Assembly: GCA_028826165.1 (NCBI GenBank)
Contig: JAPDFW010000028.1
Span: 1 to 64,000, forward strand
DNA from: Anaeramoeba ignava BMAN
Lineage: Eukaryota; Protista; Anaeramoebae
Direction of reading: 5' to 3'
DNA length: 64,000 nucleotides
A program made the translations under genes and the position numbers. Every line of letters starts with the position of its first letter. Positions within the stretch are counted from its first letter, which is position 1. The notes beneath the pieces are model-generated. The model was not told the origin of the DNA and ran no database searches. It worked only from the letters and a program-made list of their open reading frames with translations. This document shows, piece by piece, positions 59,607 to 64,000 of this stretch.

Positions 59607-62600
59607 ATGAAAAAGAAACTTGTTTTAATTTGTTTTTGTTTTTGTTTTTGTTTTTTCTTAATTTCATCTGCTCAAAATCAAGTTATTTTGAAAAATTCCT
59701 TTTATTTGCCAAATGGAATCACAAATCCTGTTTTATCTTTATTTGATGAAATGAATAATGTTGTTTATTTTATTAATATTGGCATGGATCTTAATTTAAA
59801 TCCAAAAAGTGAAATTTATAAATTTAATTCAACAAATCTTGAGTTTCTTGAATCAACTAATTTAGGGAATCGAATAACAACTGGAATTATTGATGAATTA
59901 CATCAAATGATTTATTTTGGAGCAGTTCAACATCAAGATGAAAGCAATTTTCCACAAATCATTCAATTTGATTTACTATCTTTTTCAATCAACAATTGTC
60001 TCAATTTTACTTCATTCCCAAATTTGGAATTCGTTGATTCTCAAGTTGATGTTTTCCATTCAAAAGGCTATTTCATTCTTTCTTGTTTTTTTCTTCATTA
60101 TCCTCATATATTCAAAATTGATTTGCAAAATTTTGAATTTGATTCAAATGCAACCATTTATTCATATTCCAATATTTTAGGATCAGCTATTGATATTTTA
60201 AATCAAAATATTTACATTTTCTCACATAATAAGGAGGTAGTTTCAACTATGGAAATCCAGAAGTTTCATTTGACAAATTTATCAAAAACTGGAACACTTT
60301 TCTTAGATGAACATGCAATAATGTTGGAGAGCATTTATGCAGATATTGATTCTTCAAGAAATCTAATGTATGCTGCAATGGTTTCTACTGCGTCATCTTT
60401 TTTAATTGTGAAAGTAAATTTGGATGATTTCTCAGTAGATGATCATTTAATTCTGCAATCAACTAATTACTGGGGATTTTCTGGAGGAGGAATTGATGAA
60501 TTGAATCAATTAGGTTATTTCATGATTTATGGAAATTGTTCCATTTATCAAATTGATCTATCTACATTTAGATATATTCAAGAATTTAGCTTTTCAAATG
60601 GGTTCAGTGCAGTATCTTTCGATTCACAAACCACTCATGCTTATATTGGATTCTATAATTCAACAACTATTGATTTTGATTTATTAAAATTCGAAGTAGA
60701 TCAATCGCGTTTTGTGCAAAATTTCCAAGATCCTTCAGTAATTTTAATTGATGAACCAAAAGAAATGTCTTATATTGGATTTGGTTCTGGTTTTGGATTA
60801 GTTGCAAGAATTGATATCTCTTCTTTCCAGTTAATAAGCCATTTGACAACTGGTAATTCTTCTGATCAAATTAATTTTGGAGAGATCGATTCTTCAGGTG
60901 GATTTGCTTATTTTTTTATCAATTGTACAACTTCTTCTCAATCAATCCCAAAAATTATGAAAGTTGAATTATCCACTTTTTCAATTTCAGAAAACAAAAT
61001 GATTGATTCAAATGGATCAATCGAAGCAACTTCCTTTGATATCCAGAACCATTTCCTTTATGTTGGATATTTAAATTTTTCTGATCAAAATGGGGCAATT
61101 CTCAAAATCAATTCATCTGACTTAGAAATTTATGGTTATTTTTTCATTTCCGATTTGAGGCAATTCCAAAAATTATTTCTTGATTCTTCAACCAAAATTC
61201 TTTATTCATTTTTGTATGTTAACAATTCAATCGGTTTTTGGCTTGATTTGATTAAAATTGATCTGGAATCTTTTAGTCAAATTTCTCATTTAGATTTAAC
61301 AAATTACTATCCAATTAATGGAACTGTATTTGATTCAATTCATCAATACATTTTTTTTCAATCTCCATATCAAAGGATAAAAACTAAAATTTGTAGAATA
61401 CATTTAATTGAAATGGAAGTATTCGATGATTGTCTTTTAGTTGATCAGGACGAATGGAATTTTCAGCATTCATTTCTTGATTCAACTCAAACTTATGCCT
61501 TTTTTTTACTCAATCATCCTTCAAACATGCACAGTTCTTATTTAATTCAAATTACTGCAAATCCCTTTCAAATACTTAATCAAACCCATTGGGATTATCC
61601 TTTTAATATTTCTGCTCTTGATTTTTCAAAAAATTATCTTTATTCAACAAATTTAGTTGATTTTGGAGGAAATGCTAAGGAAATGGTTTTGTTTTACCAA
61701 ATTTCTCTTCCAAATCCAACTCCAATCCCAAATACTTCAAATCAAAAATCATCTAAATCAATTATTATTATTCTTTCAACAATTATTCCAATTTTAATAA
61801 TAATTTCTTTAATTGTGATTTTCTTAATTTTGAAAAAGAAAATTAAAAAGAAAAAGAAAATTATTGAAAGAAAAGAATCAAAAAAATATCAAAAAATCAA
61901 AAAATCAAGTAAATGTTCTCTTTTCTTTAAACCAATTTTGAAATGGATTGGAAAACCAAATTTTCTTGATTTTGTTGGAGATGATGTTATTTGGAGATCT
62001 CTTACAGTTATTTTACTTTCTACTTTTTTCATTTTTACATTTGGAGTTGCAATTAGATATTTACTTGAATCAACAAAAATTAATGAAGATAAAATTGGGA
62101 TAAAGTAATTTATTTATTAATTATTTAATAATTATTTATTTAATATTTAAAAAACAAAAAATTTAGTTTGAATTTCTTTAAATTTCCAAATGAAACTGAA
62201 CTTTATTATTTCCAAACTTTTAGTACTGAAGTAAATTAATTGATATTTATTTAATTCTTCTTTTATTTTTTTTTTGTAAATAATTTAATTTAATTTATTC
62301 TTTTATTCTTTTATTTTCTTATTTTCTTATTAGTTAAGAGTTTCCAAAAAATATAAAAGTGATGGAGTCAAAAATTGTAAAGTAAATGTAAGTGCATATT
62401 CTTTAGATTCAAGTCGAAAATTATGGAGGAAATGATTTAAGTTTAATGGAAATGAAAGAATATTTAAAAAATGAAATTACAATATCAGGAGATAAAATTC
62501 AATATTCTGATGAAGATGGATTTGTAAAATTTTCAAATCTTTCAATTATTTCAGGAACAAGTCAAACAATTAATTTAACATTTTTTGCTGAATGTGGAAT

Positions 62601-64000
62601 TGAAAGTGAAAATGAATTTAAAAAGAATGGACCTTGTAAATATTATTTATTTTAATTATATTAATTCAATTAAATTTTAAATTAATTTTAAATTAATTTA
62701 GCTCAAAATATTTCATTAAATTCAATTTCTTCAAATACAACAACATCTCAAATTTCTTTTCCATTTTCAATGAAACCCATAAGTAATTCATTAATTTAAT
62801 TCAAAATCAATTTAATTTTCATTCATTTATTAAAAATATTCTTTTATTTCTTCGGTTTAGTTGATAAATTTTATTTTGCAAAAAATGGATCTTTTGATAA
62901 TCAAACATTCAATTTTGGAGAAGAAATTCCACTACTTTTTGGATTTAATTTTGTTGAAATATATTTAAAAAATCAAATTTATTTGAATAATATTTCAATA
63001 TTTCCAATTACAACAAATAGAACTTGGTTTTATCCTGAATATGAATCTTATTGTAAAAAAAAAAAATTAAATTAAATTAAAACAATTAATTCTAATTTAA
63101 ACTTAAATAGTTTTTGTCAATTTAACTTCATCTTCTTCTTATTCAAATGCTTTATTTCCATCAATTCAAATTATCTATTTATTAAGTGGAGCAACTTCAA
63201 CAAAAATGAATTTAACAACTTTTTATGAAGGAAACCAAATCCAAATTTATAATTCTTCACAAAATTCTTATTTAACTGAAAATTATTTTAATTTGAATCT
63301 TGAAACAAATGGTTTGAATTTTAAATTTAAATTTAAATTTAATTTTTTAATTTTAATTTTCAATTTAATTTTCAATTTTAAAAAATAGTTTCCAAAATTG
63401 AAATTAATGAAAATGGATCTTTTATTGTAAAAGAAGGAGAAATATTTTCAAAACCTTGGGAAATTATTGTTAAAGATAATGAAAATAAAACAATTCAAAA
63501 TAAACCTGTTTTTGCAAAAATTTCTAAACAATGTAATTTTGAAATTTCAGAAAATCAATCTCCTATTGAAAATTCAAAAGTTCTTTTAAATCCTATTTCT
63601 TTTACAAATGAATTTGGAATGTAAAACAAATTTTAAAAACACAAAATTAACAAAAAATAAATTTTTAATTCAAATTATTTTTTGGAATTATTTTTTAGAG
63701 CAACTTTTTCAAAATTAAAATTTTCAATTTCAGGATTAACAAAAAATAATTGTTCATTTAAAATTAAATTTATTTCAGATGGAATTTCTATTGAAACTGA
63801 TAATATTCAAGTTAATTCTTCAATGAATAGAATTATTTGGATTGAAGAACATCACCAAACGAAAATAATTAATATTACTAAAGATTTTAAAATAATAAGT
63901 AATGATACTTGGCCTGTTATTCAAGTTCAAAAATGAATTTGGAAAAGGAATTCCAAATAAATTAATTTCTTTAAATTGCTCAGATTTTTACATTTCAACC
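59607..64000 (+). CDS. Large membrane protein: signal peptide, beta-propeller-like ectodomain, two TM segments, then a multi-exon Ig-like region running off the window
   Basis: ATG at 59607 (MKKKLVLICFCFCFCFFLISSA). ~45-50-aa repeats (ID...xxYxG...IxKIDLxxF). TM segments at about 61760-61830 and 61995-62065. GT-AG introns from 62105 onward with exons encoding DEDGFVKFSNLSI and TNEFGIATFSKLKF. Apparent frameshifts near 62410 and 63932. Confidence 0.65.

Noticed and set aside
1161-63936. Programmed ribosomal frameshifting at AAA-TGA (Euplotes-like), since several broken ORFs end in K*
   Set aside because: Shift directions are inconsistent, and AAA TGA is the expected off-frame reading of abundant AAT GAA. 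The paralog comparison near 9741 shows a plain 1-nt insertion upstream of the stop. Homopolymer assembly errors are more likely; short-read polishing would decide.
1-64000. tRNA, rRNA, intein or telomeric repeats
   Set aside because: None recognised by eye; small structured RNAs cannot be excluded without tRNAscan-SE or Infernal.

Overview
Extremely AT-rich eukaryotic genomic DNA from a protist with GT-AG spliceosomal introns, N/Q/E homopeptide tracts and an expanded BTB-domain family. These traits resemble the anaerobic metamonad Anaeramoeba, but that is inference and unverified. About 17 protein-coding loci can be supported: MTMR14-like, EDRF1-like, two tandem intronless ankyrin-BTB-BTB genes, GrpE/Mge1, BTB-BACK-TLDc, a damaged TSPOON/LOLITA-like gene, a C1A cathepsin, a Rab, Uba3, a third ankyrin-BTB-BTB gene, a La-motif protein, a CH-domain protein, CC2D1/Lgd-like, a cAR/GCR1-type GPCR, a NACHT-WD40-PH protein, a Stx8-like SNARE and a large membrane protein. 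The window also holds a complete Mutator-like transposon (54-bp perfect TIRs, 8-bp TSD) inside a ~160-bp satellite, a fragment of a bacterial-type anmK gene, and many satellites. The most striking result is the ankyrin-BTB gene at 29353-32374 (-). Each ankyrin repeat core is a 96-nt phase-0 exon, and the hairpin residues between repeats are encoded by chains of 2-4 consecutive single-codon (3-nt) micro-exons, 16 in total, each bounded by AG/GT and spaced by 52-90-nt introns. Many genes carry 1-nt frameshifts in homopolymers, probably assembly errors. All homology calls come from recalled family motifs; no searches were run.
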